From contig NW_014569531.1 of assembly GCF_000743755.1 (NCBI RefSeq), positions 1 through 64,000 of the forward strand: a DNA stretch of 64,000 nucleotides. Reading direction: 5' to 3'. Every line of letters starts with the position of its first letter. Position 1 is the stretch's first letter. Positions 1 through 14,320 of this stretch are shown here, piece after piece. Made by a program: the position numbers and the translations under genes. Under the pieces are notes generated by a model, which ran no database searches, was not told the origin of the DNA, and saw only the letters and a program-made list of their open reading frames with translations. Source of the stretch: Blastocystis sp. subtype 4 (lineage: Eukaryota).

Positions 1-95
1 CTCGTGTGGAGGCTGCTGAGTACAAACAGCGTCTGGAGCAGCTGAACAAGGAGAGAAAGAGCGCTCGTGTGTCGAAGAGACTTTCCAAGGCGTAA
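1..95 (+). CDS. RPS6: 40S ribosomal protein S6, C-terminal end (partial)
   Basis: Frame 3 reads RVEAAEYKQRLEQLNKERKSARVSKRLSKA* (TAA 93-95), resembling the eS6 tail (EAAEY...RRLS). TGTTTGTT follows at 128-135. Confidence 0.7.
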   Translation, partial: RVEAAEYKQRLEQLNKERKSARVSKRLSKA

Positions 96-207
96 TTGTC
101 GAGAATTGGAACCACAGAGGTCTTGACTGTTTGTTTGAAGATTGGACTGTTTATTTGGTGAGGAGAAGTACGTGTTCTATCTTTTGGACAACAAACAAAT
201 ACACACT

Positions 208-1076
208 TTAATCTACCTTTAGCTTTTCTGCGGAATGGGATGGATTCCGATTAACCCGTTCAAAGGAATGGAGAGACATTTCATCCTTAACCATTTTCAT
301 CATGATTTGTATGGAGTAGATACCAATACTCCATACAAGATAGATCAAAACAAGGTAGGAGCATAGATTGAGAGCATTTACCATACGTCTTCGGAAGTAC
401 AAAAATGCCTTTCGACTGACTTTTGCATAAAATGGACCTAGAGAACTATTGATAGTTGAGTAACTAGAATATAAGGAAAAGACAATTTGAACATCCATGA
501 AGAATAGGAAGGCTTCCAAAGAGCATAAACACTTCCGCAATTGATAGCAAGAAGCGCTATTAGCAAATCTATGTATTATATAAGGTGTTCGTAAATACCT
601 TTCGGAACGTAAAACGAGGTAATAAAGAGCACAATCGAGACAATAGCGAAAATCAACCGAATGACGCAATAACAAATAGCAATCTTCTTGCTTATATCAA
701 GTAATGAATCGCGGTACAGAATGAAGGAATTTTTGTTACAAATAAATATAAGGATATGGAGTAATCTTGATATATATATATAACAACCGATTCGATGAGA
801 ACTAGACAGATCGCCTCAAAGATGATAATATCAAGAAGACTGATGAGTGCTCGATGAATAACTGACTTCCTCTCTCCCATATTCCTATCACTCTTCCTTG
901 AAATAGTGAATGGATATTAAAACATGGAATCGGTGGGATTATTGAGAGTAATAATTGATATGGAATTGATCATGGGTGTGAAAAATGAATCAACATCGAA
1001 CTGTCAATCTTGTAGATATCTTTCAAATCGAATAATCTACTTCAGGATACAAGAGTTTGTGAGAAGAAGAGTCCAT
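208..1076 (-). CDS. Hypothetical multi-pass membrane protein (spliced; exon structure and start uncertain)
   Basis: Hydrophobic ORF pieces at 692-880 and 208-675. TAA at 208-210 is followed on the minus strand by TGTTTGTT (plus 190-197). Candidate ATG at 1076. Confidence 0.4.
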
Positions 1077-1174
1077 GATACTTTACGTCAGTTCGGATAA
1101 CAACCACAATGAAGATATCCAAAGTATTCCTGATTTTTGTCACTTCTCCAAGATAACGGATTGTACATTATACG

Positions 1175-2951
<1,777 letters not shown>

Positions 2952-3084
2952 AGTAGTTTGTTAAATACAATGTTATAAGCGAAGAACCGTGGTATTTCGG
3001 AAGATGGTCCATTTGCGGTATTCCCGTTTTCTCGTTTATCACTACATTTAACAAGGAAGCAGAATTGTGATTCTTAAAATCACA

Positions 3085-6000
3085 ATGGATCAAGGGAGTA
3101 TGGAGAAGGAGTTGAGTACACGTATTTCGAATTATCTAATTACTGAGGATTAGGAGTCAAGAGGAAATCGAAACGAAAATCAAGGGAAGGAAAAAAGTGT
3201 ACTCCATATTCTGAAGACGTCGTTAAGGTTATTCGAGATGATGATAGTAATCACTCTCTTGTTTGAATGTTGTTAATTGTTTACGAATAGAACCATTTGG
3301 ATGATGTAACGTTTGCAACTTTGCAGGCAGCCAAATTGTATTCCGACAACCAGTTGTCTTCATTCATGATGTCCATGTCCAAAAGGCTAGAATCCTATGA
3401 AGGAGAGATATCACCTGATAAAATGAAGTGGATCGAAACTCTTTTTCAAATTTGTAAGACTGTTCGTTGAATTTGATGGAGGCACTACCTATGTTGATAT
3501 GACTGTTAAAGAAGCATCAAAAGATATAGTAAAAGAGATTGTTGATAGTATTAAAGTAAGGACTCTCTATTATATTAATTGCTAGGGAATTCCAGACACT
3601 CTTGATCAGTTTGGTACCAATATTTCGAGTCGACTTTTGTATTTCATTGCTCCTTTCACAAGTGATTATATAATTAATTGCTAATTGTTAGGTCTGATCT
3701 TAGGAACTGGATCATACAAGAAAGAACAGATAAATGAAGTGAATGTCGGAAATCAAGAATTGAGAGTTATTAAGGAATCAGGAACAGGATGGAAGTCATG
3801 GTGGAAAGAGTGGATTGCAAATAACAAAGAAGGGCATCGTAATGGTAAAAGATGAATTGTTTGTTTCTCTGTAGGTGGTTCTCTGAAAGAAGACTTGCTC
3901 CTCTGTCGTATCTGTGAACGAATGATTCCATCATCAGAAATGCCAGTTCATAATGAAGAGTGTATGAGGTGAAAATCGAAGTATGAAATGATGATTAGAA
4001 GCATGTTGGCATTTCGAAACGATCGACAGCTGAAGGAGTTTAAACGGAATATGAGAACTATTCTGAAGATTCTTTCGGATAGTCTGCGATGTCCTTATCA
4101 TCGATCCAAAGAACCAACAACAGAAGAATGTTTAAGAGGCGTAGGTAAGTGAATGAATGAGATTGAGAATATGACTTGACAGAGAAGGTTGAGGTGTCAG
4201 ACAATGATTGTCTGATTCATGGTACATTCTCTAAAAGGAATAGAATGTGAAAAGGCGTGAAATGAAGTTCTGATTGATTCGTCAGATAGCATTCAAATAA
4301 CATTGCATAGAGATTGTTCAAGAGTTCTTAAAGCGTTCTGAAGATATCGAAACTTTCAATGAATCACAATGGGATAGTCAGCAACATCACAAGAAGGTGG
4401 TATCTCTCATTGAACTATGTGAACAACACTTACAGGATCCAATTGTTGAAATTGAAGACCTATGTGAACAAGGGATTGATGTAATTCAATAGAAAGACTG
4501 TTATTGTAGTTGCTGAGAGATCGTCTGCGTCAACTGAATGAACAGCGAGGAAAGACAACACTGTCTGTATGTTCAAATCCTTCTCATTCTGTATCCATTC
4601 AAGATTTCGAACTTGTGAAGCCTATTAGTAAGGGTGCTTATGGTCGTGTATTCCTTGCTCGTAAGAAGAATACAGGTGATTTGTATGCAATTAAAGTTAT
4701 GAATAAACGAGAACTCTATCGAAAGAATCAAAGTCAACATATTCAAGCTGAACGTCGAATCATGGCTCATGCTGATAGTCCTTTTGTTGTGAAGATGTAC
4801 TATGCCTTTCAAAGTAGGAATCACCTTTATATTGTAATGGAATTTGTGAATGGAGGTGACTTATATTCAATGATCAAGACTGTTGGTAGTCTCAATGAAG
4901 ATGTGACTCGTGTGTATATTGCTGAATTAGTATTGGCTTTGGCTTATCTTCATGAAGAGCTTCATGTTATTCATCGAGATTTGAAGCCAGATAATATTCT
5001 TATTGACAGTCATGGTTATATCAAACTGATTGATTTTGGATTGAGTCAGATTGGAGTTGCTGAACGGACTGCTACCAAACGAGAGAATATGCCACAAGTG
5101 AGTGTAGATCGGCCTATGAAATCAAATTCAAGTTCGCAGCAGAGTCCTGAGTCTGGATCACATTCATCACTCGTTGGAGAATCCTTTTCACCACATGAGA
5201 ATTCCTCACTGGCTTCTGAAAGTGTCTCTTCCTCCATTACAGGGTCCTTCACTTCCTCGACTGTCTCTCTCTCTTCACTTACCATGTTATCACAGCCAGA
5301 CTCCTCTCAACTCTCATCGATCACTTTCAATTCGCAGAATGGTGATCGTCGATCGAATCATTTCTTCAAGAATCATTTCAAAACACCAAACTCACTCACA
5401 ACGAGTTCTGAGGAAGAATCACTCTCACACACTGTCTTGTCTGAAGCAGAGAACCGAGTAATGACTCGAGACCCAAGTCTTCTCAAGCAAGAGACTCGAA
5501 AACTCCATAAGCGGAGTAATCGTCTCTCACGTGTTGGTACACCAGATTACATGGCTCCTGAGTTGCTACTTGGCACATATAGTGGTCCAGCAAATGATTG
5601 GTGGAGTGTTGGAACAATTGTTTATGAATTGTTAGTTGGGTTTCCTCCATTCAATGATACTTCACCTGAACTTATCTTCAGCCATATTGTGAATAAGGAG
5701 ATGGAGTGGCCACAGGTATGATTGAACAGTACTATGAAGTTTAGATACCTGAGGAGATGTCTCCTGAGGCTTATGATTTGATTAACCAATTACTAGACGA
5801 GAATCCTCATACTCGTCTTGGGAGTGGAGGTAGTACAGAAGTTATGAAACATCACTTCTTTGATGGGATTGTATGGAATGATCTCCAGAATACTGTGAAG
5901 AAAGAGATGACTAATTGATCATTAGATGTGCGATGTTCCATTTGTGCCTGAGCTCACAACCTCAACAGACACAGGTTACTTCGTAGATCGTCATGCCAAC

Positions 6001-6738
6001 AGTGTGGATATCACGACCTCATTTCGTGCTTCATTGAATCGATTGAGTATTGTGAAAAATGAGAAAGAATATTTGAGTGAAGACCTGGATGATGTGAATG
6101 ATTCTTCGTCTGATGGATTGTACAGTGGATTTGAATATAACAATTTCTTCAATTTGAAGGAAATGAATGATGAACAGATGGGCTTCAAAGATAAGATATC
6201 ATATGAAGAGACTATTGCTGATTCTGAATTGATGAGTGAAATGGAAGACTTGTGGAATAATAATGGTGAGACGGGTCAGATGAAAGACGAGAGGCCACAT
6301 ATAGAGAAACAAAGAATAGATTCAAAGAATCTTCACATGCAGATTCCTGCTTCTGAAGATACTCTGATTGATCTATCTAGTACTCTATCAGACTCTGAAC
6401 TTGGATCCTCAAGGACTCATTCTGTTTTGTTGCATTCTATGCAGAGAGAGGAAGAGGTGTGTTCAATTCCCTCTATGGACTCTCCAGAGATGTACTGCCA
6501 TTCAAATGTTGAAATGGATAAGGCGAATCCGTTTCAGGAGTCAGATAGCACTGTGGCTGAACAGTATCGAGGAGACTTTTGCTTTGATGAAGATGAGAGT
6601 TTAGTGAATAGACGGACAAGTTCTGTGGAATCCAATTCGGAAGATTCACAGAATGACATGTCGTTATTTGATGTGAAGGTGGAAGAAGATGGAGAATATG
6701 TGAACTATACTGTAGATTTTCAGAATTCTAGTGAATAG
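3085..6738 (+). CDS. AGC Ser/Thr kinase, Rim15/IRE/Greatwall(MAST)-like, with zinc finger and split kinase domain
   Basis: KPISKGAYGRVFL, HRDLKPDN and DFGLS motifs; long Ser-rich insert before VGTPDYMAPE; upstream CRIC-x11-H-x3-C finger (3904-3963); AGC C-tail PFVPELTTSTDTGYF. Start codon approximate. Confidence 0.85.
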
Positions 6739-6903
6739 GATGTGTTTGTTGTCATCGAATCACCCAAAATGGATTCACTGAGACTACGCAGTGCAATAAA
6801 CTGTGATCACCAAATGATCCAAATTATAATATCTTTAGTCTAGGATACTTCGAAGTTATATCAATGTATTGTTTTGTTTGAATTCTTAACACATTGTATC
6901 TGA

Positions 6904-9900
6904 ATGCCAACTCCGTTACAAGTATTGAATAAACGGAGACAAAAAAGGGAACAAGCTGCGGGAAGAGACCAACGGGAGTCCAAAGCTGACCAACCTACAG
7001 CTAGCGAGGGAACAACACCAAAGGAACCGTCATCCATCCGTAGTTCGTTAGGAGTATCTGAATTACCAACGATACGAAACGATGCATTAATTCTTTATAA
7101 AGTATAATTCTTAGGTTGTTGATGGAGTCTGGTCCTCTTCTCTCTTTCAAAAAGGTAGTTCGTCAAGTAGGTGATTTTTCTTTTTCCCAATTTAGAATCT
7201 CCCACAGATGAGAGTCATTTACGTGTGATTAAGTTCTTTGGCGAAAAACGCATCTACTTCCATTCGTCAACCTTTTCGGATTCTATTTTGTTTCTCAACC
7301 CTGCCTTTTTCCCTGAAGTCAATCAGGGTGATATTATCTACATTCGCACTGACAAATCCGAAACACCGACTGTTTTTCTTGAAGTACGATGTGCTAGATC
7401 CTTTGGAAAGTAGGTTGGTCCATCGCCACAGATTCAGAGCAATATTGCAATTAGCATTCAGGAAAAGATCGGTCGTTCTCTGAATCTAGTGCCTCAACAG
7501 ATTGTTCAAGTTGGTTCTTGTCTACGTGAATCAACAATTCTCGATCGAGTTGAGGTGACTATTGTCGATGGTTGTCTACCTCGTCAAGAAATGTGGCAGT
7601 TCCTCCAGAATTTGCAGAATCAATTTGTATATTTGAATCAACGACTTACTATTGCTGATTGTGAGATTGAGATTGCTGGTTTGACCAAAGAATCAGTGCC
7701 CATTTTTGGTGGGTTAATTGCGAATTCCACAGATGTTCTGTTTTATCGTAATAATTGCCGAATGTATCTCGTTATTCATATTACTCGAGAAATCCTTGTT
7801 GCCGATAATAGTGGCTATTTGCGAGGCGAAATTGTGACAGATTTTTGTTTGAAAAAGATTCAAGAATTATGGAAACAAGGAAATACTCATCATTTAGTGA
7901 CAGTGATGTTGTATATGAGTAGATAAGGAAGAATCCATAAACAGTAGATTTGGATGCTCTATATCAAGGACGGGTGTATCCTCAGCATACTCCTTTTGTG
8001 AAAGTGAATGATTATGAAGAGAATGAATGTTAGGTATTATGCAGAGATAAGGAAGATGATTTAGAAGCGGTGAAAAATGAAATCAAACGGTTCATTAGTA
8101 GTATCAATTCATATTTGTTTGGATTTTGGATTCAATTGATGCGTAGCGAAGTATCTCTTCATTGTCCTTCTGTATCGATTGGAGATGGAGAGACTTGTCG
8201 GATCACTAGTATGTGATCATATGTAGTTGTGTTGAGTAAGTCAGAAGAATCCACTCCATTGACAATTGTAAATACGATTTTGAAGGATGTGAAGTTTCAT
8301 AAGCGGTACTCACAATTCAATGTAAATGGTTCACATATCATTGTGATCACTGCTTCTGTTCCTATCTATGTAACAGATGAGTCTCTTTACAATGTATTTG
8401 TGTCATACCAATCTCATATTTACAGATTACTCAAGACAATCTTCATGAAGCTGCTGTTGGTGTTGACTTAGTATCAGTAGCTCCAGTATCACCGTTTAAA
8501 GCCCCTCTCTTCCGATTTACTAGCACAGAAACGCATTCTGTAGTAGCTGGCTTTATGCCAGCAATCTTCTATTCAGTCGTGAAGGATGGTTGTGTTGATA
8601 GTTCTGAATAATCAACAGATTTCCTCCAATCTTTAGATTCTCAAGATTACAAGGATCGTGCTGAATGTATGATTGATTATCTCCATGACTTCTACGATCA
8701 GTGTGGTATCCTTCGACGAGTATTCAAAGATCATAAACAGAGTATGAAATGAATCGTTCTATTAAATAGTCCTTCCTCTTCTTCCATATTCTACACGATT
8801 AGAAGCATCTGATTCAAAACTCCAAGGAATCCTTTCTGGTGATGAGAATGATGGAATGCTTCCTGAAAGTGTCTCTCCTGATGACCAAGTTGTTTGTTGG
8901 GTTTGGTTGTGATGGTGATAGGAATATCGTTCTCCATCTTCTCATGGAGATTCACATCTTTTACCACGAGTTAATAGCAATCCAATTCTCAATTATCATA
9001 GTAGTGACAGTAACTTCAGTTCATTAGATGTGGTATTGCAAGGAAGTGCTTCATCAGACATACATGAGAATACCATATCAAACAAGGGTTTCTACTGATT
9101 CGTATATTCATTCATAGCCCGTTTTCAATGGTCAAAATCTGTTTCAAATTCAAATTTGCATGGTATGTCCAATCCATTCTCATCTCCTGATTTGACATTC
9201 TTTGAACGAACAGCTCGAGAAGGAGGAAGAGAACGTGATCAAAGTATTGCATCTCCAACTCAATCATATTTCAGTCAGAAGTAAGAATGATGAAACAGTA
9301 TCCCTTAGTATCCTTCATAATGATGATATGCTCTTCTGGTTAGGAAAGCAGTCCGATAATGTATCATTCTTTCAACTCCTTCATTTGTAGTACACTCGTC
9401 AATTCATTCGATCTCTTATTCGGCCTGTAATTCTTCCTCTTATGCTTCCTTGTCATTTGCAACTCACTTCTCAAAATGTTGAAAGTACCTCCACTTACAG
9501 TGTTGTCTGTACGCATCAAATGAACCATTTGTTACGTGATTTCATTCGATTACGTCTTGCGTTTAATTTTCAATTTGAGAAGGTGTTGATGGACTTCTGT
9601 CTTAATTCTAGAAGATTCCTGATTTCCGTGAGGACCATGTTACAATGACATTACGTCGCAAAGAACGACATACTCTCAATATCACTGCAAGTCACACTGT
9701 TAGTATCGAAACTCACGTTATTTCCTTCCATTCATCTCATTTCTAGTCCCGAGGTCCTCGAATTGAAAGTGCTACGACAGAAATCATCTTTCAGTATCCA
9801 GGTGACGATCGGATCATTTATCGCCGACCTGACATCAATCAGTTGAACATCAACTGGAATTTCCTGGATACAGTCAGTGTGGATTGACGGTATGATAATA

Positions 9901-10563
9901 TAGCATTTGAGCCCAACTTCACTCACTGTTGCTGGAATTGCAGAAATGCGTCAATATAACTCTCTCCATTTCACCGTTTTGGATCCCAAAAATCGACCTT
10001 CAAAACCGGATCTATTTCTGGCAAATATCGTTCAGTTATATCCTACTCTCCAAGTAGCATTGAATGCTAAACTTGCAACAATCGATATTAACGGAGAATC
10101 ACTATTCTTAGCATGTACTTCTAGTCACAGTTCTCCCTTCTATTTCGGCTACACGATCTATTGGGCAGTAGCCTCGTTGAGTTCTGTGCGGAAATTGGTG
10201 GATGATTTGAAACGTCTGGCAATCAGAGCAAATCTGGTCTGTGTTCAGTTGCCTGCAGAGCTTTTGCGTCCCTTTGATAATGCTATATCACCATTATTCT
10301 ACTCACGAGAAATTGTGGTGAGTCATGATAGTAATATGGACTATTTCTGTCATCTGATGGATATGTTACTGTATCGTGTAAATGAGTGTGAAGGAGGATA
10401 TGTTGGATACACTGATACTGGAATGAGGGATTTTGCACAAGTAAATCATGGAGAACGAAGTATTCGTGTGATTGAGAACAATCATAAGAACTGTCTGGTT
10501 CGGAGAATCAACGAATTGTTGAGTATCTCTGAGTGTGTAAATGTAATGATGCAGAAGCTGTAG
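6904..10563 (+). CDS. DEPDC5: GATOR1 subunit DEPDC5/Iml1-like
   Basis: LNPAFFPEVNQGDII and LDRVEVTIVDGCLPRQEMWQF...IQELWKQGNTHHLVTVMLY match the Iml1/DEPDC5 N-terminal and SABA regions. TAG at 10561-10563, then TGTTTGTT. Confidence 0.8.
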
Positions 10564-10565
10564 TA

Positions 10566-10583
10566 TGTTTGTTATAGGAAACA
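10566..10583. terminator. Back-to-back 3'-end motifs TGTTT-N8-AAACA
   Basis: TGTTTGTTATAGGAAACA between DEPDC5 and the convergent ARM gene. Confidence 0.6.
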
Positions 10584-10587
10584 CAAT

Positions 10588-11987
10588 ATTTCACAGAAGC
10601 TAAACAGAGTTTTAGTTGATTTGCAGCGATTTGAAGAGCATTATCCTTCTTCTTCATATCTTCAATCACAGAGAGAATCCCTTCTCGAATCAATCGACTC
10701 TCACATTCAGGACATTTACTCAATAGATTTCGTAATAAGAAGCTTCCTTGGATGAGATATGATCGATCCTTTCGGTTCTTCTTCATAGCATCAAGACATG
10801 CCAAGTCAAGAGATCGATTTACAGCAATTGTACAGGCTTCAAGATTCCGTAAGGTCACAACTCCAAAGAGTTCAATAACCTGCTTATCAACATCACTCTT
10901 CATTTATACCTTCAAACAGTCATGAGGGTCGTTACACCTATCTACAAGCTGATCTAACATTGAAGGAGTTCCTTCAAGTAATGCATTGAAGACTTTGATT
11001 CGCAACGAATCTTCCTTTGCTAAAGCAGATAATAACATAAGCGATTCATTCTCACTATAAGTCAATACGAAGCAATAAGAATACCATGAATCCCATAACT
11101 CTAAAATTCGCTTCATAATCCCTCTTTCATACAATAATTTGCATGTATCCGAATGAATCGTCAACCTAGCCAGACAATGAATTGTATAGGAAGAAGAGGA
11201 TCTTTGGTGATCCGACTACATCACAATGTACAAACAAGATTACAAACACAAGATTCATCAATGTCTCCAATATCTCCTCCTTATGAGATAGTCGCTGCAA
11301 AGTTTGTATGTTGTTGTCCTCAAGTAGAATACTCAGAGGCTGGATAGCTTGAATTGCCTCTTCTGGAGAGGAATCTTCCTTTAAATGAAGTAACAGCAAA
11401 TTCTCAATTTCTCGACTTGCATACAAATCTCGTGCTTCTAGAAATAACAATGAGATGAAACAAATACCACGAGACGAACGAAGGAGATCTGTCAGAATCC
11501 TCAGACCTTCCTCTCGTATTTTCAGATCTGTTGACTGAATATCCTTGATGAGTAAACGATAGCAACTCTCACTCAAACCGATTATGGAACCGGCATCTAC
11601 ACTCCACGCATTTAATCACTCATACCAAAGTGACTAGATGCTGTGATAATATGATAGAGCAACGAACGTTGTTCTGGAGTTGGTTCGTTAGGAAATACTC
11701 GGTCTAATGCCTTATCAATACGACTAAAAATGACAAAAAGAACATAAATATACTGAGATGCCAAGAAAGCAACACCCATTCTAAGTTGCGGTTGATCAAC
11801 TAATTCTTTCAGCTGAATTGCCATATCATCAAATGAGTCAAATGCCACAATTTCCTCAACTCGCTTAATATATTCTTCCTCATCAAACAGAATCGATTCA
11901 CGATCCACTACGGAAGGTACAGGTAGTTCTGCAATAAACAATATATACAAATGAAATACTCTGGACCTGGAATTCTTCCCTGGTCAT
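10588..11987 (-). CDS. Armadillo/HEAT-repeat protein; stop probably completed by polyadenylation
   Basis: Leu-rich helical exons (ELFGVVTLRNL, IQGSFLLRNLLS) joined by ~30-nt introns. The last frame has no stop until inside DEPDC5. An in-frame T at 10588 lies 4 nt before TGTTTCCT. Confidence 0.6.
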
Positions 11988-12240
11988 TTCAACGGCCTCT
12001 TCAAAGGGAACCTCAAAATCCTGTATGTTTTCCTTCACTCGACGAGAAAACTCTAAGATTAAAGCAGAGTCCATAGATAATATGTTGATTGAAAAGAACC
12101 GCGGTTCTTCTCTCTTTCCTTATTTAAAGCCATTCGCGTCTTGGAGAAAAGCGAAACCAATTGGTAAGCTGCTATTAAGAACAGATAGTGGATTGAAATA
12201 GTTCTCCATTACATTCTCCTCTAACAGTGTGTTGTAGGGA

Positions 12241-12819
12241 ATGGAAAAGGAAGAAGTTCAAGTAGATTACGAAGTGGATGAGGATGAGAGTATTGATTTG
12301 TTTGAGTGTTGATGTCAAGATCAACAACAAAAAACGAATGAAGCAAAAGACTTGAAACCAGCAACTCTGTACATTGACGGGTTCATAAGACCGTTCACTA
12401 TGGAAGAAGTCAAGCAACTTGTCTCCAGAACTGTCTCTCCGATTAATCTAGATGAACATTTCTTTATGAACGTAGCAAAAACGTTTTGTTATGTGACATA
12501 TCCCTCCATGGAAGCTGCTCGTAAGGCAAAAGAAGTCATGTACACGTTTCTTGATGGATACAATGGATCTAGAGAGGAAACAAAGTTCCCTGAGTCTTTT
12601 GGAAACAAGCTTCGTGTTCGATTCACGTCTATAATGGCCTCTACCATGAAGAAAGACCAGAAATCAGCAAGTGATGACCAGCCAGCAGATAAACGACAAA
12701 AGGTGGATACTGTGGTTGTGCTGGAGGATCTCTTTAGGAAGACGGAGGCACGACCTGTAATCTATTACAAACCATTAACAGAAGCAGAAGTGGAATTGAG
12801 AGGGATTGATCATGCATAG
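12241..12819 (+). CDS. ACIN1: Acinus-like RRM + RSB-motif protein (ASAP/EJC-associated)
   Basis: LYIDGFIRPFT...KTFCYVTY (Acinus-type RRM) and LEDLFRKTEARPVIYYKPLT (RNPS1-SAP18-binding motif). Extra 5' exons from 12082 are possible. Confidence 0.8.
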
Positions 12820-12845
12820 AGAGAAGCAAAGCATAAGAAGTGGTA

Positions 12846-12862
12846 TGTTTGTTAAAGAAACA
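12846..12862. terminator. Back-to-back 3'-end motifs TGTTT-N7-AAACA
   Basis: TGTTTGTTAAAGAAACA between the Acinus-like and flavodoxin genes. Confidence 0.65.
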
Positions 12863-12867
12863 GAGAT

Positions 12868-13392
12868 ACATTGACTGTAGTTTTGCTAGCAGGTCCTTCT
12901 CCCAAGTCTCAAAATCCCCATCAAGGTCTTCAGCTGCATCTCCCTTACGCAATTCAAGAATCGGAGTTGCACCCATTTTCTGCAACATCTGATCAGCCAA
13001 CTACGAATCAGCCTATCCAACAATCTAAACGATAGAAGCAGCTTGATAACGAGGATAGTTATGGTCTCCCAGACCAAACATTGCATACTTCACCTTCGCC
13101 ATACACTGATTGTCACCACAGTGACTCTTCATCCATGCAAAGAATGCCCTTGACGAACCTACATCAGTCACAAGACTTCTACATACATACGAGTGGGTTG
13201 ACCATTGCCATATGTAGAAAAGAAAAAGATGCACAATTCTTGGTTCACAATATCTTCTTCTTCGAATTCATCGATATCCATAACGGTATTGTGAATACCC
13301 TGAGTTTCTAGATGAGAACCCAGAGTCTCGGCAAATTCTTGTCCAGTTCCCATTTCGGAACCATAGTAAATGTAAATCATCAAAGGGAGCAT
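12868..13392 (-). CDS. Stand-alone flavodoxin (resembles the FMN domain of cytochrome P450 reductase); poly(A)-completed stop
   Basis: YGSEMGTGQEFA, FSTYGNGQP, FGLGDHNYPRY and GDAAEDLDGDFETW across 3 exons. Ends ...QSM-TA|TCTC-TGTTTCTT. Confidence 0.85.
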
Positions 13393-13477
13393 AGTCGAAA
13401 AGAATAACTGCACTTTCTATATTTTTGTTTCTGGTGGATCGGGTTCATCTTAGCATTTCCAACTCATTGGCACTGTG

Positions 13478-14282
13478 ATGGATACTGTGATAGTTGTGAT
13501 TGGCGGAATGGGTCCCATGGCCGGTATTGAGTGTCTAAAATATATAATGTCCAATTGTGAGACAGATGGAACAGACCAAGATAATCTTAATGTTGTTCTT
13601 CTCTCCCTTCCAGCACTTATTGATAACCGTGTTGACTTTGTGTTAGGACATTCGAGTGTGAATCCTTCCGAAACTGTTCTTCGTTTTTTAAAGCCTCAAT
13701 TGGATGCCTTACAGGAGAATTTTAAACGCATTGTTATTGGTGTTCCATGTATCACATTCCATTGTCCATGCATATTTTCCCGATTTAGAACTGGAATCAG
13801 TGAAATGTGTTCCTGTGCTGAAGTTGTTAGTATTGTCTCCTCTGCAACTCAGTTTATCAGAGAGCACTGTCAATTTATCAAGAGAGTGGGTCTTCTGTCT
13901 ACTGATGGTACTCGTCAAGCCAAGCCTTTTGCTGAAGAATTTGCTCTACATGGTATTCATATTGTGTACCTGACAGATGATCAACAGTCTGTTGTCACAG
14001 ACTGCATTTTCAATGTAACTTGGTAGAATTCTTTTGCTCAGTTTATGTTATAGGGGGATGAAATCGATGACATTTAATCAGTCATATGCTCATTCCTTGT
14101 TGAGTAGAGTAATGGATGAACTATTGGAAGAGAAATGTGAAGCATTTCTTCTTGGATGTACGGAAATCCCACTGGCAATCACAGAACATGAGTATCGAGG
14201 AGTTCCGGTGTTGAATCCATCTTGGATTATGGCGCGGAATCTAGTGAGGATAGCTGATGCATCGAAGTTAAAGTCTCTGTAG
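13478..14282 (+). CDS. PLP-independent aspartate/glutamate racemase family protein (bacterial-type)
   Basis: IGGMGPMAG, PCITFH, VGLLSTDGT and LGCTEIP motifs with both catalytic Cys. One 31-nt intron at 14023-14053. Confidence 0.88.
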
Positions 14283-14320
14283 TTGGGAGTGTTTGTTTGA
14301 CTTCATTCTTGTTTTCTTGG

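Noticed and set aside
10508..10587. Apparent coding overlaps of convergent genes (also 12734-12867, 29099-29210, 54732-54829)
   Set aside because: Better explained by poly(A)-completed stops upstream of the overlap.
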